In this document: positions 40,791 to 41,377 of the stretch, piece after piece
Numbering within the stretch: the first letter of the stretch is position 1
Layout: each line of letters starts with the position of its first letter
Assembly: GCA_964429715.1 (NCBI GenBank)
Contig: CAYSCV010000001.1
Coordinates: 1-41,377 of the forward strand
DNA: 41,377 nt
From: an uncultured Methanosarcinales archaeon
GTDB lineage: Archaea > Nanobdellota > Nanobdellia > Woesearchaeales > GW2011-AR9
Reading direction: 5' to 3'
Position numbers and translations under genes: made by a program
Notes under the pieces: generated by a model
What the model saw: only the letters and a program-made list of their open reading frames with translations
Told to the model about the DNA's origin: nothing
Database searches by the model: none

Positions 40791-41377
40791 CTAATCGAAC
40801 ATCAAGAAGACTTTTTGGATGTGGGGATTTTTTTCACGATAGTCAAAAGCTGCTTTTACATCTTCAGCGTTCTTAATTGTGAAGAGGCGTTCGGGACTTA
40901 TCATCCTTTGAAGTAATTCTTGATACTTTGGATCGGTCATTGCTGTTGTTATTTTAACGTAATCTTTGGGCAAACTCACTGATGAACTGCCAACATGTTT
41001 CCCACCAATTTCTAGAGATTGTCCACTATTGACAAAATTGGTTATATTGGGAATATTTTGTTTTTCTGATCCTACATATAGTGTAACTGGATTATCTTTG
41101 GTTCCAAGAATAGTTAATCTTCCACCCAGTTTGGTCAAGTCTAATGAATTTTGAACAGATTCTGGGGCACCGACGGCTTCAAAAACGTAATCGAAATTAC
41201 TTTGATATTTGGTCATATTGTCCTCATTAATGATGATGGTTTGAGCGATATCTTGAGCTAATTCAAGTTTGAAAGGAGAACGACCAACAAAGTAAAGCTG
41301 ATCTTTAGGGATATTTGCGAAATAAGATAAATTGGCAACTAAAAGATATCCTAGTGAGCTACTTCCATACACGGCAA
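40791..41377 (-). CDS. C-terminal part of an MDR-type (sorbitol/galactitol-phosphate dehydrogenase-like) oxidoreductase; N-terminus lies beyond the right edge
   Basis: Rossmann-domain layout (degenerate glycine motif VYGSSSLG, then FEAVGAPESV and GGRLTILG), as in zinc-ADH-family cofactor domains. The open frame reaches the window end. Confidence 0.45.
   Translation of the reverse strand, partial: AVYGSSSLGYLLVANLSYFANIPKDQLYFVGRSPFKLELAQDIAQTIIINEDNMTKYQSNFDYVFEAVGAPESVQNSLDLTKLGGRLTILGTKDNPVTLYVGSEKQNIPNITNFVNSGQSLEIGGKHVGSSSVSLPKDYVKITTAMTDPKYQELLQRMISPERLFTIKNAEDVKAAFDYREKNPHIQKVFLMFD

Noticed and set aside
1-41377. Mobile element, prophage, defence system, CRISPR array, and tRNA/rRNA genes
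   Set aside because: I found no integrase, transposase, recombinase, nuclease/helicase defence-type ORF, spaced direct-repeat array or cloverleaf-compatible sequence. Every sizeable ORF has a sugar-metabolism, glycosyltransferase or membrane-export type signature or is linked to one. The only long-range repeats are diverged paralogous genes, not terminal repeats.

Overview
AT-rich, very gene-dense 41.4-kb window. I call 37 protein-coding genes in eight blocks of alternating strand and recognised no rRNA, tRNA, CRISPR array, transposase or integrase. Almost the whole window is one large surface-glycan biosynthesis island. (i) 3036-8264: an ADP-heptose-type four-step pathway encoded by two unusual two-domain fusions (3358-4428 and 6648-8264), which surround a 3-Cys ferredoxin, a GT2 and a radical SAM/SPASM-like enzyme. 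(ii) 9609-15446: a ThDP module (split, truncated transketolase-like pair) with an SDR, a methyltransferase, a Zn-ADH and a HAD-kinase fusion. (iii) 15600-17685: two stand-alone extended SDRs. (iv) 17703-22540: a CDP-3,6-dideoxyhexose (ascarylose-like) operon, ddhA-ddhB-rmlC-like-rmlD-like-ddhC, with no E3 reductase in the window. (v) 22616-27490: GT2, GT-C, GT4 and a methyltransferase. (vi) 27658-34449: a nonulosonic-acid module with two tandem NeuB paralogues and two fusion enzymes. (vii) A TagF/KpsS-like protein, a GT4, a CDP-alcohol phosphatidyltransferase and a Wzx-like flippase. The most unusual items are these. Two diverged paralogues of an uncharacterised nucleotidyltransferase-like plus dTMP-kinase-like protein sit near opposite ends of the island. 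A GC-rich tandem pair of nested hairpins with compensatory stem changes (35990-36112) is hidden in a probably spurious ORF extension. Four copies of an 11-nt motif in alternating orientation lie in the ddhB/rmlC-like spacer (20512-20642). Codon usage is mirrored between the two strands. Operon-leading genes have TATA-like boxes about 22-29 nt upstream of the ATG and mostly no Shine-Dalgarno, while internal genes have GGAGG/GGTGG-type sites. This fits an archaeal host but cannot be proven from this window. All functional calls come from motif recognition by eye; no database search was run.
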